Below, one piece after another: positions 1 through 12,536 of a stretch of DNA of 64,000 nt (the stretch's first letter is position 1; each line of letters opens with the position of its first letter). The stretch lies in contig VJWM01000239.1 of assembly GCA_010909165.1 (NCBI GenBank), positions 124,001 to 188,000 on the forward strand, in the 5' to 3' direction. Both the position numbers and the translations under genes were made by a program. The stretch comes from Anthoceros angustus (Eukaryota > Plantae > Anthocerotophyta). A model generated the notes under the pieces. That model ran no database searches, had not been told where the DNA came from, and saw only the letters and a program-made list of their open reading frames with translations.

Positions 1-472
1 GCTTCCCATGGCGATTCCACTTTAGGGCATCGCATTTGCCCGCCAGGGACCTGTCCCACTGCACACTTGGCGCATTTGCTTGCCCTCCTAGTTCTGATCC
101 CTGCAATCTCGCATCGCTCGACCCCTTGTGTTGCGAAAGCGTCACGTCTCTTTTTACTGCCGGCTCGTGGAGGAGAGCCCTTGGCGCAGTGACATGACCT
201 GCTCCTTGTGCTCGCTGCACTGCTCGGAACCACGGCCGCCGGCAGGACGACGTCTCAATGTTAGGGTTCCAAGAATGTGGTGCCATGACGATGGCTTGCT
301 GGTGATGTCTCCCTTGCACCGGAATTCCCTGCCCATGTACCAAGTGTCTTACCAGATGTGCGCGGCCAACAACCATCAAAGATACCGGAGAATCCGAATC
401 CTTGATATGCGATACCTTCCTTGATTTCACAGCAGAGCAGAGGGGAGCTGGTCTGGTTTGGTGCAACATTGA

Positions 473-1275
473 ATGGCGACTAAGAAAAGAATCCGCGATC
501 TGACAATCGGTCCTCTCCTTTTAATATTATTTGGCATGCAAATTGTTCAGCTGGCTCTTGCTGGATCCGAACAGCGACATTACAGCAGTAATACAACAAC
601 TCTCAATGGTAGTACTCCTATTCCAAGTACACTTGTCACTTGCTTACAATTGTGTAGGCTCAGCCTCAAATTTCCTACATCAATAATTCAGGATTTAATG
701 TTATTGTAAGGGAAGTTTGCCGACATGCTATGATATCGGGATCAATTGGATTGACCTCAGCTCTAGCTGCTCTCCACCACCTACTAGTTTGGCGCCCAGA
801 ATCCCGAGCGGCTTATGCAGCTACTGCCTTAATTGATGTCTCTTTATCTTTGCTTGCACTTGGGTAATTCTATTTTATAAGCTAACTTCATGAAAACGTA
901 TCTTTATTCGTATTAAAAAAACTTTAATCAGATTAGATATCAAATAACATATATATAAATATAATTAAAAATATAATAAAATTTTCGTCTGTAGGTATTC
1001 TTGCAAAAATATTCGCAACGGAATGCATCATCCAAAAGATAAAGAAATGGTAAAGTAGCTTGTGAAGTTCGGTTGAATTTTTTTGCAGAACAAAAGTTGC
1101 AAATGGAAAAAAAGCCAAAATTTATAAATGGATGAAAAAATATTAATTGGATTATTCTTCTTTGCAGAATCCATTGGATTCATTTGTCATTATTGTCGCA
1201 GCCCTTAAATTGCTTCAGATTGGATTGCTACTTAATCCCCTTTGCCCAACTTTTTCTGCTCTGGAAGACAACTGA
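473..1275 (+). CDS. AWPM-19 (PM19)-like membrane protein, 4 exons (approx. 473-608, 692-863, 995-1049, 1168-1275)
   Basis: Manual splicing at GT-AG sites gives GPLLLILFGMQIVQLALAG...HAMISGSIGLTSALAALHHLLVWRPESRAAYAATALIDVSLSLLALGYSCKNI...LDSFVIIVAALKLLQI*. This matches the AWPM-19 pattern (PLLxLN; HHxxxWRxxSxA; LAxGxxCKxI; LExFVII). The exon 1/2 junction is the least certain. Confidence 0.72.
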
Positions 1276-1588
1276 ATGCTGTTTACAAAGTTATGTGGTG
1301 CTGTTACCTTTTAAGTGGATGATGATTGACTTTTAACCCAAAAATTCAATAAGCATTTCAAAGAAAAGATTAAATGATGATATTTTCTCTATTGATTTTT
1401 ATAAATTAAAATATTTAAATACTTATAAAAAAGTGTCTAAACATATTTTATTTTTGTAAGGAAATTTTTAGGGCTACAAGAATTGATAGGAACACCATAC
1501 TAGTAAGAGCATACTTTATATGACATTGAAGTAGTTTTAAAAACCCATTCACAATGGTATGCTTTTGTCTTTATAAGTAGTCGAATAT

Positions 1589-2619
1589 ATGGTGAGACAC
1601 CATAATTTTAGTAATTTCATGCATGAAACATTGTTATGCAGATTCAATTTGTGCTAGTTATGAGTAGACAAGGTAAGATTCGGTTATCCAAATGGTATAC
1701 TCCTTATTCTCAAAAGGAGAGAGCTAAGGTAAACAAAATTCATGTGTCATCTCTATATTACAGATAAAGATATGAATATTCATCTCTATGCTTTTTAATC
1801 ATCTGCGTAAAGGAGATTGTACTTTGGGGCTTCAGATAGTGAGGGAAGTAAGCAGCCTATTTATTAACAGAGGACAAAAACTTTGCAACTTCGTGGAATG
1901 GCAGAATTATCGAATTGTATATAAGCGGTATTGCATGGTATTTGTTATGCAAATTATCTTGGAGAAGAAATAAGGGAAAAAATATTTTTGACAAGAAGAC
2001 ATAATAATAAACATCTTCTGATCCCAGATTCGCAAGTTTGTACTTTGTTATGTGTGTGGACCTAGAGGATAATGAACTTGAAACATTGGAAATCATCCAA
2101 CATTACGTAGAAATTCTTGATCGTTACTTTGGAAATGTAAGTCAATTACTAACTTCCTAGATACTTAGTTTTCATGAGTGAGCATGAAGGAGTAGCACAT
2201 TTCTTAGTGCGCAAGTTTTGATGGGGTGCAGGTGTGTGAGTTGGACCTCATCTTTCATTTTCATAAGGTGCCAAGCTCTTAATCTTCCAAAGCTTGGTGT
2301 TGTGTATGCTTGCTTGTAACAAATGCAACAAAATTTCGACCTAAGAAAGAGGTGTTCCAGGCTTACTACGTGCTAGACGAGGTGTTACTTGCTGGCGAAC
2401 TCCAAGAACCAAGCCGGAAGTCGGTGGCACGAGTGATGGCAGCACAAGTACATTGTGCTAAACCTGAGGCTGCTGAGATTGGACGCGTGTGTATCCTATC
2501 CAGGCCTTGTCTTCCTCGTCCCCTTTTGTGTGTGCGTGCAGGATGAGGCTGTGGAGCAAGCCAAGACGGAGGCCACGTCCATCACCAGCATGATAGCAAA
2601 TGCCGTGAAATCTTCGTAG
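1589..2619 (+). CDS. AP1S: AP-1 adaptor complex small (sigma) subunit, 7 exons (1589-1591, 1642-1728, 1836-1927, 2028-2136, 2232-2267, 2361-2447, 2542-2619)
   Basis: Spliced translation: [52 protein letters not shown]...RFASLYF...[72 protein letters not shown]...*. All introns are GT-AG. The ATG-only first exon is inferred; an alternative ATG lies at 1636. Confidence 0.92.
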
Positions 2620-3003
2620 CGGGGAAGAGGCAGTGGCAGTCTGGAAAGAACTCCAAGGAAAAGCGTTTGACGACAGACAGGACTTCACGTGGCCGGCAGG
2701 TTATGCATGAATAAAGCAGGGGCAGTAGATCCGGCAGGCTCGTCGGATGAGATCATGCAGCATCGCGATGGCATCGGCCCCGGGAGACACGCTGCCGCTG
2801 CCGCTTCCGCGCGGATGACCAGCGTCGCTTGCATTTGTCCGGGAAGGGCGTGAAGGCGGAAGGCTTCCTTCCGGAAGGAGTGAGTCGTGAAAGTGGGAGG
2901 CCGGGGTGGCCTCGGACTGGGACTCGGGACTCGGGACGCGCGTTCCGTGACCGGCTGCTGGCCTGCCGGTTTCCAGGATACTCGGATAGTCGGGAGGGGA
3001 GAG

Positions 3004-3102
3004 CGGTTTATGATGGTCATTCCAACACGTATTCTACGTGGCCGGAGAGCCGGAGAGCCAGGGGAGGGATGGGGCGGTCTATGATGGTTATTCCAACACG
3101 TA
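3004..3102. repeat. Two ~28-bp direct repeats (CGGTYTATGATGGTYATTCCAACACGTA), 71 bp apart
   Basis: Copies at 3004-3031 and 3075-3102 differ at 2 positions. Confidence 0.7.
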
Positions 3103-3671
3103 CACCATAGCAGGAGTGGCCGAGGCAAAGCGTAACCACGTGGGTCGACGCAGTGATGAGGAATCTCATGAAGCGGAAGGCAGAGGGCAGCGACGAGGCT
3201 GGGGCCGGGCTGACGCATCATTATTTGGAGGTGGAGCCAGCCAGGCCTGGGGATGGCACCTTCATCACTTTGCGACTTACACGTTAGTGTAAGAAAATAA
3301 TCAGGGACGGGACCGGGGTGAATGTATGTATAATACTATATGTAGGGTCGGCGGGGACGAGTGGTGCCTTTCCCCGGCCGGCCCTTGGCACGTGCTACTC
3401 CACATTTATATCGGTCGCCTTAATTTCGAGAATCGGGCATTGTGCAGCGTGCTCTCGTCTATGGCGTGCCGTTATCGACACTTCGGCAATCGGGACACCG
3501 CCCATAATTTATTGCGCTTATTTTTCATTTTGTTGCGGACTAAAAAACCTATACAAAGATGTGGGTGTCGGTAACATTGGGTGTGGGTAGGTGGCCCGTT
3601 CGGGCCAACCGGGGTGGCATATGATCCCTCTATCACGAATGGACAAAAATTTTGACACGTGGCTGGTTTGT

Positions 3672-3910
3672 CACCCCGCTTGGAGAGAAGAGGGGAGGAG
3701 CATGCTGCTCATGGAGATGTTGCTGGATTTCTCATGACAAAGCTATACTCTTGAGCATTTCCCCAATCTCAGGAAGATATGGAGATCAATTAGGAGGTGT
3801 CGGACAAGATATCTTGCCTGCAGCAGTTTATTTGTCCTAAGCACTTGGATATACCTCCGAGCTGGAACTGGGAGTGGGACAGGCTCCAACGTCTTGCACA
3901 AGATAGCTTG
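3672..3910 (+). pseudogene. Intronless VPS9 (Rab5 GEF) gene fragment with stop codons
   Basis: HPAW...GDVAGFLMTKLYS*AFPQSQEDMEIN*EVSDKISCLQQFICPKHLDIPPSW...LAQ resembles the plant VPS9a helical-bundle region (HPLW...YVMTKLF...KMSLVQQFISPENLDI...LAQKEL). It has two in-frame stops and one frameshift. Confidence 0.65.
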
Positions 3911-5329
3911 GGGCCTCGGCGCTAGAGTTGCTACGGACATGCCTTGTGGAGGATACTTGCAATTGCGTGGATTCTCCTTGGGAAGAGCAAATGGAGTCAG
4001 CTGCGACATTCGCGGCCTAAAATTGAGCCGCATATGAATTGAACACATGTATCCATATAAGTTGCTTTGTTAGGATCAAGTCTACATAGGGTTTTGTGGT
4101 TCACTTTCCTTGGATTCATTGCTTCTAGCTAGTTCCTTCTTTTGCTTTATCGATCCTTGTTAGCGTTACGTCGAACTATGGCGGAGCCAGGAAGAGATGG
4201 TGCCGCTAGTATCAAACACACTCTCTGTCTTACTCAAGGCTTCACCGAATTTCTTAAGGCAAATTTAGTACCGATGCCTTCAAAGAGTATGTATTCATAT
4301 GCTTACTAGAAGGAGCCACTCATACAGCCCTCTTCATTCTCACTTATCTCACTATCGTGCAGTCCCTCCTCCTCCCACTAGTACAGCTCCTATTATCGGC
4401 GGGTAATCTTACATCAAAGACTACACACAAGGGAGGCCGGCTCGCCCAACAAATGGGGTCAGGACCATACACAATATACTTCCAAAACAAATGGGTCTAA
4501 ACTAGGGCTGGCCAATGTGAAACGTATTCGTTAATTACCGGGTTATTTTTAAGGGAGAGAATATGTCAAGATTGCGATTAAGGAAGAAGTACTCGCGCGA
4601 CTATGAGAGACGATTGTAAGCAACTATAGCTCTTCATTCTCACTTCTCTTTCCACCCTTTTGTCCCTCGTCGTCATGCCTCGTTCTTTCCTTAGCCTATA
4701 GTCTCTCTCTTCTTATCAACCCTAACTTCTCACCCTTTCTTGGTGTGTTCCTCGTAGCATGCCAATTACAAGTTCCTCAACCAAAATCTAAGATGCAAAA
4801 AGGCTCATATCATGATCAACTTGGAAAAGAGCTGTTAATAGGGTGGAGGAGCACCACAACCGCCAAGGGCAAGAAATTGAAGTTCAATTCTAACATCACG
4901 AGTTATCGAGGAGCAACGGAATGCAGGCCAAAGGGGAAAGGAGTGGAGCCATCATCACACACTGAACTTGATTCTTATTCGCAAGGTATGGAGGATGAAT
5001 AGAATAAGCAGCCCAAGCAAGGTATGCACTTTGCATGTGCACCTCATTCTACTAGTGTAGAGGTGTGAAATAGGCTTTGTTTCCATACATATCATGTGTA
5101 GGTGTTGAGCAATGAAGTATATGTACTCCTTAAGTTTCCTAGCATCATTACAAGATACTTGAATCAGAATCTAGGCTAACGGTTACAAGTGTTCATAGGA
5201 ATTAAAGTGCACATATTGTAGGCGATGAGCACTCAAGAAGGTACGCTCTCGTTCCGCATCATTACAAGATACGTGAGGAGAATGTAGCCTAGTATTTATA
5301 GGCAATACATACAGTAATTTCTTGTGATC

Positions 5330-7470
5330 TCTCGGATGACCATCTTAGTATTCATATCTTTCTTTTTAAATCAACGTTGCAAGTTCTCTGCAAAGATATT
5401 CAAAAGTGCACCTGCTCATTCGTACCATTTGATTGAACATCTCAGGAGCAGTAGTGCATGATCTTAGCAATTGATTGGGTAGAAATGTTAGCGTCCATTC
5501 CACCTACCATACTCGCCGTGCCTGCCGAAATATTGACTTATGTCAATTCTCCTCATGAAGTAGGTAAAGTATTGATATGTCTGCCACTACCACATAGATG
5601 CCACAAATTATCCACGTTCATATCACCAGCGACAGGTTTAAAACCCAAAACAAGTGTCCGTCAATGCCGGAGAAACTCCTTTCTAACTAGACGCTGTTAG
5701 GGGATAAACCTCATCCATATAAGAGGTGGGATTGACTCAGTCGAATTTGTTAAGAAACCAGGATGAGGTTAGCCTTTTGCTATAGATTAAGTTTCAATAG
5801 CCACGGAATTCAATGTCTTGGGTTTCGGCAATGATTCTTCATCTAACTGTCATTTATTCATAGCATGTTGCTATTTTCTACCTCAGGGTTCTCCCCATGC
5901 CAAAGGCCAGCTTCCTATGACATTTGAGGACCTTTCAGAAGATTTCATATATTTCATGCCTCTGGAGGACGTCTTGTTGGTTGGAGAATTCTGTAATAAA
6001 AATGCAGAGACCTGTAGGAAGAAATGGAAATTGATTTATAAGGACTATAAGCTAGACAAAGCTCACATTGTGTGTGAGGCTCGTGCCTCTTCACACAATA
6101 GGTCTAGTGTGAAGAATATTTTAATAAGTGAAGTGAGCAACAAAGACATGGCCAAAAAGAGGAAAACTCGTCAAAACACATAATTACTTGATGCTATAAG
6201 TTTATTGAGACGATAAGATCCGTGTTCTGTCCCCGAAATAACGAGGGAGCTTCATGTGGATATGGAGAAAAGGAATTGTGATATTAAGCCACTAAAGTAG
6301 GCTAAAGCATATTCGCTGCATATAATTGCTAGGGGTGGCGCTATTCAACAAATCATATGCTTTTACAGAGCAGTATTCGAAGCTATGGAATTTGAGTCGG
6401 ACAAGGAAAAAGGATTCGGAAGTCTCAAGGGTGCTACGCTACAGATATTTGAGATTATTAAGGGCCTCGCAAGAGGATAGAGGTCATAAGAAAGACGAGA
6501 TGTGTATAACTTGTTCAAGGGGCACAATGCATAGAACCATCGCCAAGAAGATTTCTTCTCCGATCATCAATGAGTATCTATCGGGGCATTAGTTTTCAAA
6601 GACAATAGCTGTATTTCGTGAAATGTTTCAGTATGCACCATCTGTTGTCAAGAGCGACAAACAAAAATTGGATTGCTACATGAAGGACTCGGCTAAACCT
6701 ATTTAAGAGGCACTGTGCATAGAATCAGCATTGAGAAGATTGCCTATGCAGCAAGTAATCGGTAATATTTATTAGTGCATCAATTTTCAGTAGCAATAGC
6801 TGTATTTCGTAAAGTGTACATTCCATTGTGGATCATCTTTATTCAAGAGCGGCGAACAAAAATTGAAATGCTACATGAAACACTAGGCTGCTAGAGATCA
6901 CATTTTTTTATATTGTTGCCTTTAGCTGCTTGTAACCTGAAGCATCTAGCTTGTGTGTTGTACATCATGAGTGGAATAGCAGTAGCTGCTTGTAGCCTAT
7001 AGCATATAGGCTGTACGTCATATATTTTGAGTGGAATAGCTGTGCGGATTCATCGCAAGAAAAAAAAAGTATGTTGAGTTTCAAGTCCAAAAATTGGAAG
7101 TTCGAGAGGAGACGAAAGTGGCAATAATGGAAAGTTTTTTTTATGAAACTTTCTCAACATTTATCCAAATAGTATTTACAGGCCACCTCACTATTCATTA
7201 TCCGCCGGTAAGTCAGAAATGCTATGACATATTGTGCAGGACTACATGTTGATACAAGTCACAGTCTCGTAGCCATTTTGCTCTCGTATCATGCAAGTTG
7301 GAAATAATCGTTGCTCCAGAGTAGCGTTACCAACTGCAGATGTGCTGTATCCATAATAGTTGCTAAGAGATTCGAGAGTTTCACTCTCTAGTTGTCAACC
7401 TCTTGAGTGCCATGGCGATTCTTGCGTCCATGGCAATGGCTTTCCGAAGTGCTCTATCATAAAGATTGGA
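5330..7470. mobile_element. Degenerate PIF/Harbinger DNA transposon remnants (transposase fragments plus a Myb/SANT-like fragment)
   Basis: Minus strand ~5330-5450 reads MFNQMVRMSRCTFEYLCRELATLI. Minus strand ~7225-7460 reads RALRKAIAMDARIAMALKRLTT...YYGYSTS and VVLHNM. Both are Harbinger/HARBI1-type motifs. Plus strand ~5990-6065 reads NAETCRKKWKLIYKDYK, a trihelix/Myb-like motif typical of Harbinger ORF1. Element ends were not found. Confidence 0.55.
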
Positions 7471-10197
7471 TATGGAGCTCTAGAACTTTCTTCCTGTGGT
7501 TCAGACATACTTGAATCTGCGGAGCTATGGTGTATACTGCAGAGCCTCGATGAGCTTGAATGCTAACAATGTGTAAAGGAGAGTAGCTCGCACATCGTGG
7601 CACAAACACACTAATTACTTACTTAAAGATAAGTAATTAGATTAATTAATGCTAATCAAACACTAAATCCAAGTGCATAGATTAGTATCACACGGCATGA
7701 CAAGAGGGGAATCGTAGAAGAGAATGGGCGCGCGTGATGGGTTGAAGTTTATATCGATATCGGTATAAACTTGTGATTCGATATTGTTTATGTATGAGCC
7801 ACCACACTGAGTTGCCAAATGGAAGTCGATGCGTGGCGCGGTGACACGGTGGCACCCTTGCGCGGTGACAAAGTGACAACTTGGCGAACGGTTGTCACCA
7901 GCCAGCTCGTGGTAGACCACTTTTCGTGCACCACATTGGCTTCCACTCATATTATCCCCAGAATGACGGTCGAATCTTAGCAAATTTTCAAGCGTCAACT
8001 TTATACATATTATGTTGGACTGATTTATTGGTTTTCAAAATTTAGAAAACTAGGACCGAGGTTGACCAATCGAATTTCTATCCGACGGTTGATGACATGC
8101 TAAATTCTAATTGCAATTGACAAAACTAAAGAAACGCTTCCCCGTAAAGTATTTCTTACTATGAGAGCATCTCAATTTGAGACGTTCCTCGTTGAGAGGT
8201 TAAGTCTAGGGTGCCATTGGCATGACACCAATGCTGTGATGGCACAACCTTTGAGGCAATCACATGGCCCTCTCCTGAAAGACCAGCGCTAGAGGAGCCT
8301 CATGCTCTCCCATGAGAGACTTGAACGTGATTACTAATATCATGGGGTAAAACGTGTTTTGTGAAACAGACCCTTTCATGTATGGGGTTTTATGAATGAC
8401 AGTGGCAGCCACATGCCAAACATCGACACGCTAATAACAACAAAAACAGCGTTGTGACATATTTTGTGCTACATCCGGTGCCTTTCACGACTATCGGTGA
8501 CACCTTCTATCTAATAGGGTGTCCGAAGAGTCCCAACCAGCACCACCGTCCTAAACGGTTGCCAAAGTTCTTGGGCTGTAAAAATAGCGACATTCACAAA
8601 GACAAATGCAGCGCTTGGGTTGTAAAAATCGCAACATTCACAAAGACACCACGACGACCATGTGGATCGTATAATATCGATGAACAAATACGGTAGATAA
8701 AATCGTAGAATATAAAGAAGTTGTTGAGACGGAGATTTTGAAATTGTGGGTTTTCTTTCCAAGTAGTAGGCGTACGGGGTTTCTTCTCAAGTAGGCGTAC
8801 GGGACGGATGTGGGATGTGCCGGACTTTTGAAGTGTCCCAAACGGCATGCCATACTCGTCAATACCGTCAATGCTGTGCGCTGTGCAACCTTGTGCAAAA
8901 TTTTGCAGTGCATCGGTGTGTGTGTTTCTCCTTATTCTCCCTTCCTAAAAGTGGGCAGTCGGACAAGCCTGGTGCGACGCTGAAAGCGCATCATTGTGGG
9001 ATGTCCTCCAAGTGGCACGGGATTGGATGCGGATTTCCCACCGCCCAGACTCCGGAGCCGAGATGAAGAAGTTGTTCCGCGAAGCGCAAAGCGCAAAGCA
9101 GCAGCAGCCAGTCGCAAGTGCCCACGATGCCCCAGTGCAGCGTCATGTGGGGGTGACACTTCGTGCATCATCGCCCACAGGGAGTTCCGTATACGACGAT
9201 GCGTTTCCTGGCAGACTGGCAGGGGAAGGGAATGAGGCACAGCAGCCCACGCGGCACCGCGCCGATTTGCATTGCCAAAATCCCACCCCGATGGAGAGTT
9301 GACGACGGATGGAGGGCGGCAGCGGCAGCGGCAGCGGCACCAGGAAAGCCCACCACCTGCAACGGCTGGCATTGGGGATTGTGCGACCGATTACGGCCCC
9401 ACATGCCCCAAATTACGCGCCGTAACCTTTACGTAGGCAGAAAGTTGAATCCGCCCAGCGAAAAGGCGGGGGGAAAGGCAGACGGCTGTCGGCGACCCAA
9501 CAGGCACTCACCACATACTCTTTTTACATCCCAAGTTGGGCAGCTTGGCTGCAGGCTGAAGGCGGCAGCGGGAGCCTGCCACTGGCCTGGCCCTGCATTT
9601 TATAGAGACACGAAGCAGCAACCACCACCACTTACTGGTCCTGGTCGTTGTGGCATGTGGGCTGCATCGGATCTGGTGAATCCCCGAAAAGGTTGGCCTC
9701 GGCATCCCAGAAGTGCACTGTAAACCCCGAAGCCGGGTTACGGGTTGAGTTTAATACACCATCCGCCAACCGGGGCGACGGCCGCCAGCCGGGATGACGG
9801 CTTGCATTTCCGCCCAACCGTGACCTCATTTGACCGGTGACCTGAGTGGACTGACCTGCTTCACTTTCTGCACTCGTGGAACTCTCTTTCCCTCTTTCAA
9901 GCTGCATCCGCTGTGCCCGCTGCTTGCCGGCATCGGATCCGATCCAGAATCCTCCACCACCAACCTGTCATCTCGGGCCCGTCATTGCGCCTTTGCTTTG
10001 TCGCCTCCTCCGCTTCAACTGCCGCAGGCCTTCCTCCGCTCTTTAAATCCGCCCCGGCCTTCAGCTACCGAATTGTCACTTGATGAAGGCTCTCCTGCTC
10101 CCGTTCCCGCTCCCGCTCCCGCCCCTGCTTCTGTTGGCTGGTGAGCGTGTCTGTGAGGGATACGAGGGGAAGGGAAGGCTGGATTGAGGCTGCTGCC

Positions 10198-11397
10198 ATG
10201 GCCGTGAGAAAGGAGCCGGAGGGAGCGGGGTTGGAAAGCACCAGGGACGTGAAGGTGAGGAGGAAGGCGGAAGAGCGGAAGTTGGAGGTGGAGGAGGAGG
10301 AGGAGGCCCTGTACCTTCCCGGCCTGCCGCAGCATCTGGCCATGGAGTGCCTATCTCAGGTCCCGATGGAGGCCATGTGGAGCGTGAGCAAGAGCTGGAG
10401 GAGACTGCTGTACCGGTCTGCCTACTTCCAGGCCATGCGGCGGGGGCAGGGGATGGCTTCTCCGTCCTCCCTCTACTGCATGGTGCGGCGGAGTGTGGCG
10501 CTGGAGGAAGGAGTCCGCCACACCTTCGGCTGGCTGTCTTTCGATCCGCTGGCAGGGAAGTGGAGCCGGCTGCCCGCAATGCCGGAGGAGGTGGAGTTCC
10601 AGCTCTCCAGCCCGGGGCTCATCGGGGTGGCGCACTCGGTGCAGACGCAGAGCACGCAGGACCGCCTCTTCGTCGTGGCGGGGCTCAAGCGGGGTGCGGG
10701 TGGTGCCATGGTGCCTGCTTTGTCGAGGCCGTTTATCTTCGACATCGGGAGGCAGACATGGCGGGCGGGGAGGCCTTTCTCGGTGGCCAGGAAGTGGTGC
10801 GCATGCGGCGTCGTGGAGGGGAAGCTCTACGTCGCTAGCGGGTCCGGGACGGAGTGGGATGAGAGCTTGTCCAAGCGCGCGGAAAGATACGACCCGGAGC
10901 GGGACGTGTGGGAGCAGCTGGATGATCTCTCCACGTCCAAGATGAGTGGCGAGGCCATGAGCGCCGTGCAGTCGGCAGGAAAGCTTTACTTCTCCAGCGG
11001 GAACGGGATCTTCCTTAAGGTTGGCATGATACTGGATGCCTCTACTGGGGCCTGGTCCGCCATGAACCCCGGGCTTAGGCATGGCTGGCGCCCGATCACT
11101 GTCGCGGTGAAGGGAAGCTTCTATGCGCTCGATTCTGTGACCGGGAAGGTGGAGGTCTATGACCAGGAGGCTGATCGGTGGAAGCTTTTCTTGGAGGACG
11201 CGCGGCTGCAGCGCATGAAGCACGTTGTCGTTCACAACGGGAAGCTTTGCGGGGCTGTATCGAGCGATGGGAGCGGGAGCCTGCTCCGGATTGTGGATCT
11301 GGTGGCGAAGCCGGTCTCTTTTATGGACATTTCTGTGCCGGAAGGCGAGGTTGTGGCCGTGCAGGTTGGGAACTCCAATCCCAACGTGGGTGAATGA
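10198..11397 (+). CDS. Intronless F-box/kelch-repeat protein, SKIP25/KUF1-like
   Basis: F-box LPGLPQHLAMECLSQVP...VSKSWRRLL, followed by PALSRPFIFD...RKWCACGVVEGKLYVASGSG and WSAMNPGLRHGWRP, matching the SKIP25/KUF1 motif series. The first ATG is at 10198; the ORF track starts at an upstream GTG. Confidence 0.88.
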   Translation: MAVRKEPEGAGLESTRDVKVRRKAEERKLEVEEEEEALYLPGLPQHLAMECLSQVPMEAMWSVSKSWRRLLYRSAYFQAMRRGQGMASPSSLYCMVRRSVALEEGVRHTFGWLSFDPLAGKWSRLPAMPEEVEFQLSSPGLIGVAHSVQTQSTQDRLFVVAGLKRGAGGAMVPALSRPFIFDIGRQTWRAGRPFSVARKWCACGVVEGKLYVASGSGTEWDESLSKRAERYDPERDVWEQLDDLSTSKMSGEAMSAVQSAGKLYFSSGNGIFLKVGMILDASTGAWSAMNPGLRHGWRPITVAVKGSFYALDSVTGKVEVYDQEADRWKLFLEDARLQRMKHVVVHNGKLCGAVSSDGSGSLLRIVDLVAKPVSFMDISVPEGEVVAVQVGNSNPNVGE

Positions 11398-11746
11398 GAA
11401 GGAATGAAGGAAGAGGGAGGACGAGTGATTCCCCTTTGCCGCGTGGCGTGCCTTATTCGCTTTCCCGCCTCCCACCTGCTTCGCCATCCCACCACGACGA
11501 CATCTGTTGTTATGGAAATCTGAGGAGGCCGGGTCCGAATGCTCTGAGGGAGCTCTTTTGCTGTGATCTCTTTGTGAAATGACGGCACAGGCCAGCCACA
11601 AGCGCAGTATGGCATCCTTGCCTGAAGGCAAGCTGCACACAATGGTGCAATAATGCGTCTGTCTTTTTTGTTTGATTCTTCTCGAAGTACTAGGTCACTT
11701 TCATTTTGTACCTGAAGGCTCTTTGCAACGCCTGCCTCTCTAGGTT

Positions 11747-12536
11747 TTATGCTCCGTGCCTGTTGCAAGCTGTTTCCGGCCGCAAGCTGGAGATTATGGA
11801 GTTTAGCAGAGGCCTGTCAGCAGGCCAGGAGCATTCAAGAAAATTGTGTAATGCACCGACTCAGCGATCCTGCTTGGTCTTTACAAGCTGCAATAATCAG
11901 TTTTTAGTGTGTGACATGAGTGGAGGATGTAGATTCGGTGTCGCTGGAAATGTGTGGGAGGAAAGCGGGAACCTACTCACTTTTTTCTAGATTCCTCGTT
12001 GTCCGAAACTCCAAGCTCTCTTGCGAGAAGTGTGCGCGTCAAAGCCCCTTCGGGATGTCCACTCTCTACGCAACCAACGCGAATAGCACGATTTTATCAT
12101 GTCACGTGACAATGCCCATTTTTTGAATTTGTGTAGCTTACCGATTGTTAGAGGCCACGATAATTTTTTGCTCACCCAAGACGAAGACGTGATTCGTGTT
12201 CTCCAGCTTCTGGAAAAGAAGATACTCCCGAATAAGCTCGTTGATCACAAACTCCAGGTCTGACATTGCCTTCCTTTTCTTCACCTGCGCACAGTTTACA
12301 CCTCGCACAACCTCATACGCACCTTCTTGGAAGCACGTACAGAAAATGAAGCAAAACATCTGGCTCCTTCTGTGGTTGCACACCTACTCCAGCCAGCACA
12401 GAAGAGAGGGGAGTTTCCTTCTTACAGGTTTTTCGTCAATGGAGTTGAAAATCTCTGCTCGTATTTTTGCGCGAATTGGGCCAAGCACGCCACGCCTTTC
12501 CAGCACATCTTTCAATGCTGCTCCTGCTTCCCACAT
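11747..12536 (-). CDS. CEP20: CEP20/FOPNL/FOR20-like LisH-domain centriolar protein, at least 4 exons, 5' end uncertain
   Basis: Spliced translation ALKDVLERRGVLGPIRAKIRAEIFNSIDEKP / MSDLEFVINELIREYLLFQKLENTNHVFVL / ESGHPEGALTRTLLARELGVSDNEESRK / PLLNSIISSL...* is colinear with FOR20 (LKDTLEKKGVL...IRAEVF; LINELIREYL; ESGQP; PLLYG). Confidence 0.8.

Noticed and set aside
1-420. Possible minus-strand exon (WDRSLAGKCDALKWNRHGK, WD40-like) running off the window start
   Set aside because: Too short to support a call, and no convincing upstream exon or start codon was found.
3004-3102. CRISPR-like geometry (28-bp repeats with a 43-bp spacer)
   Set aside because: Only two repeats, no cas genes, and a eukaryotic context.
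8900-10140. Overlapping GC-rich ORFs with (GGCAGC)n and (GCTCCC)n microsatellites
   Set aside because: No domain similarity; consistent with the GC-rich upstream region of the F-box gene.
10351-11640. 429-aa antisense ORF
   Set aside because: It is a shadow of the GC-rich F-box/kelch CDS and shows no recognisable motifs.
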